64,000 nucleotides of DNA from an uncultured Acidobacteriota bacterium (GTDB lineage: Bacteria; Acidobacteriota; Vicinamibacteria; Fen-336), in NCBI GenBank assembly GCA_963847655.1, contig CAWKAS010000002.1, forward strand, positions 513,729 to 577,728. Direction: 5' to 3'. A model generated the notes under the pieces. That model was not told where the DNA came from. It ran no database searches and was given only the letters and a program-made list of their open reading frames with translations. The translations under genes and the position numbers were made by a program. This document shows, piece by piece, positions 49,321 to 58,643 of this stretch; positions within the stretch are counted from its first letter, which is position 1, and every line of letters starts with the position of its first letter.

Positions 49321-50213
49321 GCGCGTTCGTCCGACTTCGTCTCTACCTGGGCGAGATGTACCCGGTGCCGCAGCGTCTGCTCGCAGCGGCGGTCGTCTCG
49401 GTGGGCCTGGCCACGCTCCTCGCCCGCCTCCACGGCCTCGAGGTGCAGCGGCTCTCGATCGGGACCGTGCGCGGCACCGGGGCCGTCTTCGCGTTCCTCC
49501 TCGTCCTCCGGCTGATGGACGAGCTGAAGGACGTCGAGGTCGACCGCGCCCTGTTCCCCGAGCGGCCCTTGCCCTCCGGCCGCGTGCGCGAATCGGATCT
49601 CACCGGCGCCCTCGTGTTCGCGGCCGCGCTCTTCGTCGTCGCCCACGCCGGGACCGGCCCGGCCCTGGGCACGGCCGCCCTCACCCTGGGCTACGCGGGC
49701 TTGATGTTCCGCTGGTTCTTCGCCCCCGGGGCGATGCGGCCCCATCTCCCGCTCACCCTCGCCACCCACACGCCGGTGATCCCGCTGCTGCTGCTGCACC
49801 TCGTCACGCTGTTCGCCACCACCAGCGGCCTGTCCATCCTCGACGTGCGCTGGCCGCCGGTGCTGGCCGTCGTCGGCAGCTGCTGGGCCGGCTTCTTCGC
49901 CTGGGAGATCGCTCGCAAGATCCGGGCGCCGGGAGAAGAGACCGCGTACGTGACCTACTCCCGTCTGCTCGGGCCGAGAGGCGCGGTGGCGCTGGCCGCC
50001 TCGGCCCAGACCCTCTCGCTCGGATTGGGGCTCTGGCTCTGGGCCCGTCACGGTCTGTCCCCCGCCTTCCTCGTCCTCGCGGTGGGCGGGTCCCTGGTCG
50101 CGCTCTTCGGGCACCTGCGCTTCCTCCGCGCGCCCGGTCGCGCGACGTCGCGCCTGCGGCCCTTCGCCGAGGCCCAGGTCTTCGGCCTGCTCCTGGGGGG
50201 AGTGCTGGCGTGA
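49317..50213 (+). CDS. UbiA-superfamily prenyltransferase
   Basis: MDELKDVEVDRALFPERPLPSGRV (Asp-rich motif followed by RPLxSG) and about 8 TM helices; ATGA overlap with the upstream gene. Confidence 0.65.
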   Translation: MSAFVRLRLYLGEMYPVPQRLLAAAVVSVGLATLLARLHGLEVQRLSIGTVRGTGAVFAFLLVLRLMDELKDVEVDRALFPERPLPSGRVRESDLTGALVFAAALFVVAHAGTGPALGTAALTLGYAGLMFRWFFAPGAMRPHLPLTLATHTPVIPLLLLHLVTLFATTSGLSILDVRWPPVLAVVGSCWAGFFAWEIARKIRAPGEETAYVTYSRLLGPRGAVALAASAQTLSLGLGLWLWARHGLSPAFLVLAVGGSLVALFGHLRFLRAPGRATSRLRPFAEAQVFGLLLGGVLA

Positions 50214-52885
50214 GCGGCTCCCCTCTCGTGGTGACCGACGCCCTTCCCCCGGAAGACGCGAGCGAAGGCCTGCTGGGGGGCAAGGGCCTCCACCTGCTGC
50301 GATTGCGCGCGCGGGGCTTCCCCGTGCCCCCCTTCGTGGTCGTCACGAGCCGGGCTTTCGAGCAGACGGTGGGACGATCGGCCCGGGTGCGGACCGCCAA
50401 CCCCGGGCTCGAGAACGCCGGCGCCGCGGACCTCACCGGCGTCTCGCGCCGCGTCATCCAGCACATCCGCGCCATCGGGTGCCCCTCCGCACTCGCGGAG
50501 GAGGTGCGGGCGGCGCTGGCGGAGAGTGGACTCCTCGAGAGGCGCCTGGCCGTGCGCTCGTCCGCGATCGGCGAGGACTCCGACCGGCACTCCTTCGCGG
50601 GGCTCATGGAGACCCGTCTCAACGTGGCGGCGGAGGACGTGCCGGACGCCCTCGTCGCGGTGTGGGCCTCGGCGTTCTCGGCGGGGGCCCTGGCCTACCG
50701 GCGGCGGAAGGGGCTGGAGCTCGGCCGGATCCAGATGGCGGTGGTCGTCCAGGAGATGGTGCCGGCCGCATCGGCAGGGGTTCTGTTCACCCGCGACCCC
50801 GAGGCCCCCGCTCGCGACGAGGGTGAGACCAGGTGCCCGCGCCCGGTCATCGTCGCGGCCAGGGGTCTCGGCGAGGGTGTCGTGCGGGGCACGGTGGAGA
50901 CGGACACCTACCGTCTCGGTCCCGAGGGTGAGGTGGAGTGCCGCCCGGGGGGCCAGACGTCTCGGGTCGTTCCCGCGCCCACGGGGGGGACGAGGAGCGA
51001 GGCGGTGCCCGGATCCCTGCGGCGCCGGGCGGTGCTCCGCGAGGATCAGGTGCACCGCCTCGTCGAGACCGGCGTGGCGATCGAGCGTGTGACGGGCTCC
51101 CCGCAGGACGTGGAGTGGGCCTTCGACGAGGAGGGCCGGCTGCTCGTCCTCCAGGCACGACCGATCGTCGCCCCGAAGCCCGGGGACCCCGACGTCCACG
51201 GCGAGCGGCGCCTCTGGGACAACTCGAACATCGTGGAGAGCTACCCCGGCCTCACCCTGCCGCTCACCTTCAGCTTCATCCGGGACGCGTACGCTCGGGC
51301 GTTCCGCGGGGCCTGCGCGACGTTCTTCCCCGTCGCGAACCCGCTCGAGTCCCGTCCCCACCTCTTCGAGACGCTGCTGGGCCTGCTCGACGGACGCGTC
51401 TACTACAACCTGCTCACCTGGTACGAGATGTTCTCGTTCCTCGCCCGTCCCGAGCACCACCGGAAGACCTGGGACCGGATGGTGGGCGTGAGCCGGGCCA
51501 CGGAACCCGCGAGCGCCACCGAGAGCGTTCGACCGTGGTGGGTGCGCGCGACGGCCGCCCTCGGCGCCGGGCGCGTTCTGCTCGGGATCCACCGCAACGG
51601 CCGCCGGTTCGCGCGACGCTTCGACGCCTTCTACCGACGTCACCGCGACGCCGCCCGGGCCTCCGGCCCCGCCGAGCTGGCGGCCCGCTACCGTCGGGTC
51701 GAGGAGGCGGCGGCGCGCTTCTGGCACCTGACGCTCTTCAACGACCTGTGCGCGATGCGCTACCACGAGTGGCTGGCCGGGCTCGCCGCGCGCTGGATCC
51801 CGGAGCACGAGGACCTCGCGAACCGGCTCCTCTCCGCGGGCGAGGAGTTGGAGAGCGTGGGACCCGCCTGGTCGCTGGCCCGCATCGTCTCGCGCGTCCG
51901 CCACGATGCGGGCTGGCGCGAGCGGTTCGCCCAGCCGGACGACGCGACGCTCTGGCGGTCGATCCGCACCGAGCCTTCCCTGGGTCCGCTCCGCGAGGCG
52001 CTCGAGGCCCACGTCGAGACCTTCGGCGACCGCGGCGTCGAGGAGCTGAAGCTCGAGACCGTGACCTTCCGCGAGGAGCCCGAGCGTCTCCTCGCCCTCG
52101 TCCGCCGCTCGCTCGGTGCCGACCCGTCGGTCGCGGTCCGGCAGGCGGACCAGAGAAGGAGATGCCACGAGGCCGAGGCGATCGTCGCCCGGCGCCTCCG
52201 CGGGCCGCGGCGGCTGCTCTTCGGGCTGGTCGTGCGACGGGCGCGCGCGGCGATCCGTCAGCGCGAGAGCATGCGCTTCGCCCGCGGTCGCCTCTACGGC
52301 ATCGTGCGCGCGCTGTTCCGCCGGTTGGGCGACCATCTCGCCACGGCAAAGGTCCTGGGGAAGGCCGAAGACGTCTTCTACCTGACCACGGACGAGGTCC
52401 TGGGCTGCGCCGACGGGACGGGCGTCACCCGCGACCTGGGCGCGCTCGTCGCGCTGCGCCGCGAGGAGTACGCGGGCTTCGCGACGAGACGCCCGGCCGA
52501 CCGCTTCGAGACGGCGGGGCTCCCCGGCCAGGGCCCCCTCGACGAGGCCGGGATCGCGCACACGGGGGCACGCCGCCTCACCGGCACGGGCTGCTCCGCC
52601 GGCGTCGCGACCGGCGCCGCCCACGTGGTGCGGGACCCGAGCACCGACACGGTCCGGAGCGACCAGGTGCTGGTGGCGCGCTCCACGGACCCGGGCTGGG
52701 TCTTCCTGATGATGTCGGCGGCAGGGCTGGTGACGGAGCGGGGCAGCCCCCTCTCGCACACCGCGATCATCGGGCGCGAGCTGGGCATCCCGACCGTCGT
52801 GGGGGCCGCGGGGGCCACCGAGCGGATCCCCGACGGCGCGCGCCTCACCATCGACGGGGCCAGCGGAGACGTGCGATGGGCCTGA
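50210..52885 (+). CDS. PEP-utilising enzyme, PpsA / rifampin-phosphotransferase-like (PPDK_N ATP-grasp + C-terminal mobile phosphohistidine domain)
   Basis: N-terminus LGGKGLHLLRL...; C-terminus VLVARSTDPGWVFLMMSAAGLVTERGSPLSHTAIIGRELGIPTVVG; 891 aa; GTG start overlapping the UbiA stop. Confidence 0.8.
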   Translation: MSGSPLVVTDALPPEDASEGLLGGKGLHLLRLRARGFPVPPFVVVTSRAFEQTVGRSARVRTANPGLENAGAADLTGVSRRVIQHIRAIGCPSALAEEVRAALAESGLLERRLAVRSSAIGEDSDRHSFAGLMETRLNVAAEDVPDALVAVWASAFSAGALAYRRRKGLELGRIQMAVVVQEMVPAASAGVLFTRDPEAPARDEGETRCPRPVIVAARGLGEGVVRGTVETDTYRLGPEGEVECRPGGQTSRVVPAPTGGTRSEAVPGSLRRRAVLREDQVHRLVETGVAIERVTGSPQDVEWAFDEEGRLLVLQARPIVAPKPGDPDVHGERRLWDNSNIVESYPGLTLPLTFSFIRDAYARAFRGACATFFPVANPLESRPHLFETLLGLLDGRVYYNLLTWYEMFSFLARPEHHRKTWDRMVGVSRATEPASATESVRPWWVRATAALGAGRVLLGIHRNGRRFARRFDAFYRRHRDAARASGPAELAARYRRVEEAAARFWHLTLFNDLCAMRYHEWLAGLAARWIPEHEDLANRLLSAGEELESVGPAWSLARIVSRVRHDAGWRERFAQPDDATLWRSIRTEPSLGPLREALEAHVETFGDRGVEELKLETVTFREEPERLLALVRRSLGADPSVAVRQADQRRRCHEAEAIVARRLRGPRRLLFGLVVRRARAAIRQRESMRFARGRLYGIVRALFRRLGDHLATAKVLGKAEDVFYLTTDEVLGCADGTGVTRDLGALVALRREEYAGFATRRPADRFETAGLPGQGPLDEAGIAHTGARRLTGTGCSAGVATGAAHVVRDPSTDTVRSDQVLVARSTDPGWVFLMMSAAGLVTERGSPLSHTAIIGRELGIPTVVGAAGATERIPDGARLTIDGASGDVRWA

Positions 52886-54003
52886 AGGAGTTCACCTTCG
52901 ATCCCTCGCTGACCAGCGCCTTCGTGGCGCTTGGAGAGGAGCTGTGCCGGGGCGACGCCACCCGGGTGCCCCCGCTCACGGCCGAGGTGCGGCGGCAGCT
53001 CGCCCCGTCGTTTCCCTTCTACGGGCAGGCCGGTCACGACCACCGCCGCTTCCTGGCGTACGCGAACGGCCGTCCCGTGGCCCGGGTGCTGGCCTCGATC
53101 CACCCCGGGCTCCGCGACGACGACGGGACCCCGGTGGGCGCGGTGGGCTTCTTCGAGTCGACGCCGGACGACCACGCCGCCGGGGAGGTGCTCGGGGCGG
53201 CGGTGGCCTGGCTCGAGGGCCGGGGTCTCCGCCGGATCTGGGGGCCGCTCCAGTTCGACATCTGGCACGGGTACCGGTTCCGGACGCGCGGCTTCGACGA
53301 GGAGCGCCTGCTCGGCGAGCCCGACAACCCGCCGTACTACCCGGAGCAGCTCGCGCGCTGCGGCTTCAGCGAGCGCCGCCGCTGGAACTCCTTCTCGCTC
53401 GGTGGGCCGGAGGGCCTCGAGGAGCTGGCCGCCACCGGGGGGGAGGACGGCCGGCGGTTGTGGGCCCGGGGCTACCGCCTCGAGCCCTTCGACACCGACC
53501 GCTTCGACGAGTCGGTGGCCGCCCTCCACCGGGTCCTCAGCGACTCCTTCTCGCGCTTCCCGGGCTTCACCCCCCTCGATCTCGCCGAGTTTCGCGAGGT
53601 GCTGGGAGTGGCCCGGCACGCCATCGAGCCCCGCTGCTCGCACTTCTTCCACGACGAGGCCGGGGCGCTGGCCGGCTTCGGCGTGGCCCTGCGCGACCTC
53701 GCCCCCGCCGTCCGGGCGATGCGGGGACGCTCGGGTCCCCTGGCCCGCCTGGCCTTCCTCCGCCGGCGAGGGCGCGCGCGGCGGCTCCTGCTCCACCTCG
53801 GCGGCATCACCCGGGCCGAGTCGGAGAAGCACAGCGGCCTGGCCCGGGTTGCCGTCCACCACACCCTGTGCCGCGTGCGACAGGCGGGCTACGTCGACGT
53901 GCACGCCACGCTCGTGGCCGCGGGCAGCCCCATGCGACGGCACTACGGCCGCTTCGCCGCGGACCGGCGCCGCGAGTACACCCTCTTCGAGCGGAGACGA
54001 TGA
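52876..54003 (+). CDS. Hypothetical protein, possibly GNAT-fold acyl/aminoacyl-transferase-like (tandem halves)
   Basis: 375 aa; ...VGAVGFFESTPDD..AWLEGRGLRRIWGPL... is reminiscent of GNAT/FemAB/MprF-C-like folds. Weak assignment. Overlaps both neighbours. Confidence 0.35.
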   Translation: MGLKEFTFDPSLTSAFVALGEELCRGDATRVPPLTAEVRRQLAPSFPFYGQAGHDHRRFLAYANGRPVARVLASIHPGLRDDDGTPVGAVGFFESTPDDHAAGEVLGAAVAWLEGRGLRRIWGPLQFDIWHGYRFRTRGFDEERLLGEPDNPPYYPEQLARCGFSERRRWNSFSLGGPEGLEELAATGGEDGRRLWARGYRLEPFDTDRFDESVAALHRVLSDSFSRFPGFTPLDLAEFREVLGVARHAIEPRCSHFFHDEAGALAGFGVALRDLAPAVRAMRGRSGPLARLAFLRRRGRARRLLLHLGGITRAESEKHSGLARVAVHHTLCRVRQAGYVDVHATLVAAGSPMRRHYGRFAADRRREYTLFERRR

Positions 54004-54905
54004 CCCCGCTGGGCTACGTGGACCGGGCCAGCGGGGAGTGGCGCCACGAGCGCGTCCACGCCCACCGCTTCCTGAGCTGGCTCTACAACGCGCGCCCCGG
54101 GCGCCTCGCCGAGGCGGTCCTGGCCGGGAGCCCCCACTTCTCCCGTCTCTACGGCTGGCTGCAGCAGCGGCGGTGGAGCCGCCGGCGCATCCGACCCTTC
54201 GTCGAGCACATGGGCGTGGACCTGACGGGCTCGGTCCGGGGCCTCGACGAGTTCGAGACCTTCGCGGACTTCTTCACGCGACGGCTCCACCCCTGGGCGC
54301 GACCGGTGGTCGACGACGAGCGGGTGTGCGTCTGTCCTGCCGACGGCCGGGTGCTGGTCTACCCGCGGCTGGACGGGCGGGCGCGCTTCCGCATCAAGCG
54401 GGCCACCTTCGAGCTCGAAGGCCTGCTCCGCGACGAGGTCCTCGCGGGGTCGTTCCACGGGGGATCGATGGCCGTCGTGCGTCTCGGTCTGGCCGACTAC
54501 CACCACGTGCACTTCCCCGACTCGGGCGTGCCGTCTCCCGCCCGGGCGATCCCCGGGTCCTATCACGCGGGCGGGCCCTACGCCCTCCGGCGACTGGTGC
54601 CCTTCTACACGGGGAACCACCGGATGGTGACCCCCTTCGTCTCGGACCACTTCGGACTCATGGCCATCGTCGAGGTGGGCGCGCTCACCGTCGGCTCGAT
54701 CCGCCAGGCCTTCGCGCCCGGAACGCGCGTGGGACGGGGCGAGCACAAGGCGGGTTTCGAGCCGGGGGGCTCCACCGTCGTGCTCCTGTTCCGGCCCGGC
54801 GCCATCGAGATGGACGCCGATCTCCTGGCCCGGAGCCGCCAGGAGCTCGAGGTCCACGTGCGCGTGGGGGAGTCGCTGGGGCGGACCCCGGAGGGGAGGG
54901 CGTGA
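54000..54905 (+). CDS. psd: Phosphatidylserine decarboxylase-family proenzyme
   Basis: GFEPGGSTVVLLF carries the G-S-T self-cleavage site; LRRLVPFYTGNHRMVT; FGLMAIVEVGALTVGSI; ATGA overlaps at both ends. Confidence 0.8.
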   Translation: MTPLGYVDRASGEWRHERVHAHRFLSWLYNARPGRLAEAVLAGSPHFSRLYGWLQQRRWSRRRIRPFVEHMGVDLTGSVRGLDEFETFADFFTRRLHPWARPVVDDERVCVCPADGRVLVYPRLDGRARFRIKRATFELEGLLRDEVLAGSFHGGSMAVVRLGLADYHHVHFPDSGVPSPARAIPGSYHAGGPYALRRLVPFYTGNHRMVTPFVSDHFGLMAIVEVGALTVGSIRQAFAPGTRVGRGEHKAGFEPGGSTVVLLFRPGAIEMDADLLARSRQELEVHVRVGESLGRTPEGRA

Positions 54906-57379
54906 TGGGCAGGAGCTTCGCCGAGACCATCGTGAGGCGGCGCCTCGGGGTCGTCTTCCTGCTGGCCGCGGCCGGGGCGGCGCTGCTGCCCCTGGCCCCC
55001 CGGGCCGAGGACGCGCTCGACGTCTCGGGACGCATCCGCGGCAGCGAGTCCGCGGCGGTGGAGGAGATCCTCGCCACGCGCTTCGAGTCGCCCTTCGCGC
55101 GCAGCGCGGTCGCGGTGCTGAGCGGCGTGCCCTCCCCTGCAACCCCGCGGGGGCGCGAGGCGCTCACGGAGCTCGTGGCCGCCCTCGGCGCACTCGAAGG
55201 GGTGACCCGCACCTGGTCCCACCTGGACCAGGCCGATCCTTTCTTCGTCGGCGCGGGCGGGGGCACCTTCGTCATCGTCGGTCTCGACCCGGAGGCGCCG
55301 GTGGACGCGCTCGTCGCCTCTCTGCGCAAGGAGGGGCGGGCCGTCGCCGCCCGGCTGGGCGAGCGGTTCCCCGGCGCGGCCCTGCGCTGGACGGGAGAGC
55401 CCGTCCTCAACATCGACTTCCGCCGCGCCAGCACGGAGGAGGTCCGGGCGGCGGAGGCCCGCGCCCTGCCCCTCACCGCGCTCCTGCTCCTGGTGGCCTT
55501 CGGCACGCTAGCGGCGACGGTCCTGCCCCTCGTGGCCGGGGGCCTGGCCGTGGGTCTCACCCTGGGCGCCGCCGTTCTGCTCACCCGCTGGTGGCCGCTG
55601 GCCACCACGCTGCAGGTCGTGGCGTCGATGCTGGGCCTGGGCCTCGGCATCGACTACGCGCTCCTGACCGTGAGCCGCTTCCGCGAGTCGCTCGGCCGCG
55701 GACGGGGGGCCGAGCGCGCGGCCGCGGACGCCTGCCGCCACGCCGGGGGGACGGTCGCCCTCTCCGGGGCGGCGGTGGCCATCGGCTTCGCCGGCCTGCT
55801 GCTCGTCCCGGTGAGCGAGCTGCGCTCGCTCGCCCTGGGGGGACTCCTCGTGGTGGGGGCCTCGGTCGCGATCGCGATCACTCTCCTTCCAGCGCTCCTC
55901 GCCTGGCTCGGCCCGGGCGTCGACCGGGGCCGGCTCCCCTGGCGACGCTCGGGGGACCCGTCGGAGAGGGCTGCGGAGGCCTGGCGTCGCTGGGGGCGCT
56001 GGGTGTGGCGTCACCCGGTCCTCGTGCTGCTGGCGGCGGGCACGCCCCTTCTCTTCCTCTGCGCCCACGCGCCCCGCATGCGGACGGGGCTGCCCGACGG
56101 GGACTGGCTGCCCGCGAGCATGGAGTCCACGGCCGCGGTGAAGGAGCTGAGGGCGATGGGACGGAGCGGGCTCGTCCAGGAGGTCCGGGTCGTCGTCCAC
56201 CTGCCCGAGGAGGCCTTCGCCCTGGGGGCCGAGGGCTGGGAGGCCCTGCGCCTGGTCGAGGAGGGCCTGGCCGACGACCCGCGCGTCGCGCGGGTGCAGT
56301 CCCTCCGCCGGGTCGCGGGCGACCGCGCCAACGACCTGGCCTACGTCAGCTTCCTCCCCGGCTTCCTCAAGCACTGCTTCATCAGCGGCGAGGGCGACGC
56401 CGGGCTGCTCAGCCTCATCCCGCGGGAGGGGACGACGCCGGCGGAGATGGCCGATCTGGTGCGCGACCTGCGTCGCACCGACCCCACCCTCCTCACCGGT
56501 CTGGAGGGCGCCCGCCTGCAGGTGGGGGGCCTGCCCGCCTTCAACGTCGACTACGACGACGCGGTGGCGGGTCGCTTCGGACGCGTGGTGGCGCTGGTGA
56601 TCGGGGCCACGCTTCTCGCTCTCTTCCTGGCCTTCCGCTCCGTGCTGGTCCCGCTCAAGGCCGTCGCGCTGAACCTGCTCTCGGTCGGGGCCGCGTTCGG
56701 CGCCGTCGTCCTGGTCTTCCAGGACGGCCACGGCGCCTCCTGGGTGGGGCTGGGCGGCGCCACCGGCAGCGTCTTCCCGGCGGTCCCGATCCTCGCCTTC
56801 GCCATCGTGTTCGGGCTCAGCATGGACTACGAGGTCTTCCTGATGGCGCGGGTGGCAGAGGCGCGCCGCTCCGGCCAGGACGAGGGGGAGGCCGTGGCCG
56901 AAGGCCTCGCCCGCACCGGGCGCGTCATCACCAGCGCCGCCACGGTCATGGTGGCGGTCTTCGGGGCGTTCGCCGCGGGCGACTTCCTGCTCGTCAAGAT
57001 GCTCGGCTTCGCCCTGGGGGTGGCGGTCCTGCTCGATGCCACGCTGATCCGCGTGGCCGTGGGCCCGGCCCTGCTGCGGCTGGGAGGACGCTGGAACTGG
57101 TGGCCGGGCCGGTCTGTGCCACGCGCTGGCATCCGCCAGGGGGCCGGGGTACGCCCGGGGTCTCGGCGGGCACCCCGCCCGCCGAGACCCTGGTCCACGC
57201 CGAATGCCCGGTGCGCTCCATTCCGCTCGGACGACAGTCGCTGGGGATCAGGAGGACGCCATGCCGTTTCCGAGAACGATCGCGAACGACGTGCTGGAGG
57301 ACATCCGCCACAAGACGAGAGGCGTGGGCTTCGGCACGCGCCTCGCCCCGCGCTCCCCCGCCGAGGACCCGCTGCCTGA
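54905..57379 (+). CDS. MMPL-family RND-type exporter (3' end uncertain; the open frame overruns the next gene by about 118 bp)
   Basis: Two 6-TM bundles (LGLGLGIDYALL and FGLSMDYEVFLM) and two periplasmic loops; C-terminal tail low complexity, RPGSRRAPRPPRP. Confidence 0.75.
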   Translation: MGRSFAETIVRRRLGVVFLLAAAGAALLPLAPRAEDALDVSGRIRGSESAAVEEILATRFESPFARSAVAVLSGVPSPATPRGREALTELVAALGALEGVTRTWSHLDQADPFFVGAGGGTFVIVGLDPEAPVDALVASLRKEGRAVAARLGERFPGAALRWTGEPVLNIDFRRASTEEVRAAEARALPLTALLLLVAFGTLAATVLPLVAGGLAVGLTLGAAVLLTRWWPLATTLQVVASMLGLGLGIDYALLTVSRFRESLGRGRGAERAAADACRHAGGTVALSGAAVAIGFAGLLLVPVSELRSLALGGLLVVGASVAIAITLLPALLAWLGPGVDRGRLPWRRSGDPSERAAEAWRRWGRWVWRHPVLVLLAAGTPLLFLCAHAPRMRTGLPDGDWLPASMESTAAVKELRAMGRSGLVQEVRVVVHLPEEAFALGAEGWEALRLVEEGLADDPRVARVQSLRRVAGDRANDLAYVSFLPGFLKHCFISGEGDAGLLSLIPREGTTPAEMADLVRDLRRTDPTLLTGLEGARLQVGGLPAFNVDYDDAVAGRFGRVVALVIGATLLALFLAFRSVLVPLKAVALNLLSVGAAFGAVVLVFQDGHGASWVGLGGATGSVFPAVPILAFAIVFGLSMDYEVFLMARVAEARRSGQDEGEAVAEGLARTGRVITSAATVMVAVFGAFAAGDFLLVKMLGFALGVAVLLDATLIRVAVGPALLRLGGRWNWWPGRSVPRAGIRQGAGVRPGSRRAPRPPRPWSTPNARCAPFRSDDSRWGSGGRHAVSENDRERRAGGHPPQDERRGLRHAPRPALPRRGPAA

Positions 57380-58643
57380 CCCGGTGCCGCGGGACGCCGG
57401 GGGCCGGAGCCGTCTGCTCGACCGGCGCGCGCTCGTCGCCGACCTCGGCACGCCGCTCCCGGTGGTGACGGGCGAGCACACCGTGGTGCCCGAGCACGAG
57501 TTCCGCGGGAACGTCGAGAACTTCTTGGGCCTGGCCCAGGTGCCGATCGGCCTGATCGGTCCCTTGCGGCTGTGCGGCCTCCACGCCCAGGGCGACTTCT
57601 ACGTGCCCCTGGCCACGACCGAAGGGGCGCTGGTGGCCTCCTACGGCCGGGGGGCCTCGGTGGTCAGCCGCGCCGGCGGCGCGCGCGTCGTCTGCGCGCT
57701 ACGGAGGACCACGCGCGCCCCGTTCTTCCGCTTCCGCAGCCTGGTCGACGCCGGGCTGTTCCTCGAGTTCGCCCTGGAGTCCTTCTCGTGTCTCCAGGAG
57801 CTGGTGGGCGAGGCCACCCGCCACGGCCGACTCGAGGACCTCCGCGTCCACTGGGAGGGCAACTTCGTCTACCTCCTCTTCGACTACACCACCGGGGACG
57901 CCGCCGGCCAGAACATGGTGACCGTGGCCACGCGTCGCCTCGCGGCGTGGCTGGCCGAACGCTCGCCGGTCGCGCCCTGCTCGTGGACGGTCGAGAGCAA
58001 CCTGTCGGGGGACAAGAAGGCCTCGCTGGTCAACCACCAGTACGTTCGGGGTAGCCGGGTGATGGCCGAGGCCGAGCTGCCGCGGGCCCTGGTCGAGGAG
58101 AGCCTGCACGCCACCCCCGAGGCGATCGAGTCCTACTGGAAGGCGGCCTTCGTCGCCTCCTCCCAGGCCGGCAGCATCGGCGTGCAGGGGCAGTTCGCCA
58201 ACGGCCTGGCCGCGCTCTTCCTGGCCTGCGGGCAGGACGTGGCCTGTGTGGCCGAGGCCGCGATGGGCACCCTGCGCCTGGAGCGGACGGACGCCGGCGA
58301 CCTCTACGCCTCGGTGTGCCTCCCCAACCTCATCGTCGGCACGGTGGGCGGGGGTACCGCGACTCCCACCGCCCGCGAGTGTCTCGGTCTCCTCGGCTGC
58401 GTGGGCGAGGGTTCGGCGGCCAGGCTCGCGGAGATCGCCGGGGGCCTGGTGCTGGCCGGGGAGATCTCCCTCGCCGCCGCGCTCGTCGCCGGGGAGTTCA
58501 CGCGGGCGCACGCGACCCTGGGGCGCAGCGCCGTTCCGTCACCGGACGGGACCGCGACCGACCCGCAGCCCGGTAACGGAGTCCCGTCGTTCCTTCTCCA
58601 GCCAGGTGAACCCGCACCCACGGATGCAAGGAGGAGACGATGA
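57261..58643 (+). CDS. Class I HMG-CoA reductase
   Basis: ENFLGLAQVPIGLIGPL; DAAGQNMV; GTVGGGT; RBS GGAGGA. Confidence 0.85.
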   Translation: MPFPRTIANDVLEDIRHKTRGVGFGTRLAPRSPAEDPLPDPVPRDAGGRSRLLDRRALVADLGTPLPVVTGEHTVVPEHEFRGNVENFLGLAQVPIGLIGPLRLCGLHAQGDFYVPLATTEGALVASYGRGASVVSRAGGARVVCALRRTTRAPFFRFRSLVDAGLFLEFALESFSCLQELVGEATRHGRLEDLRVHWEGNFVYLLFDYTTGDAAGQNMVTVATRRLAAWLAERSPVAPCSWTVESNLSGDKKASLVNHQYVRGSRVMAEAELPRALVEESLHATPEAIESYWKAAFVASSQAGSIGVQGQFANGLAALFLACGQDVACVAEAAMGTLRLERTDAGDLYASVCLPNLIVGTVGGGTATPTARECLGLLGCVGEGSAARLAEIAGGLVLAGEISLAAALVAGEFTRAHATLGRSAVPSPDGTATDPQPGNGVPSFLLQPGEPAPTDARRRR

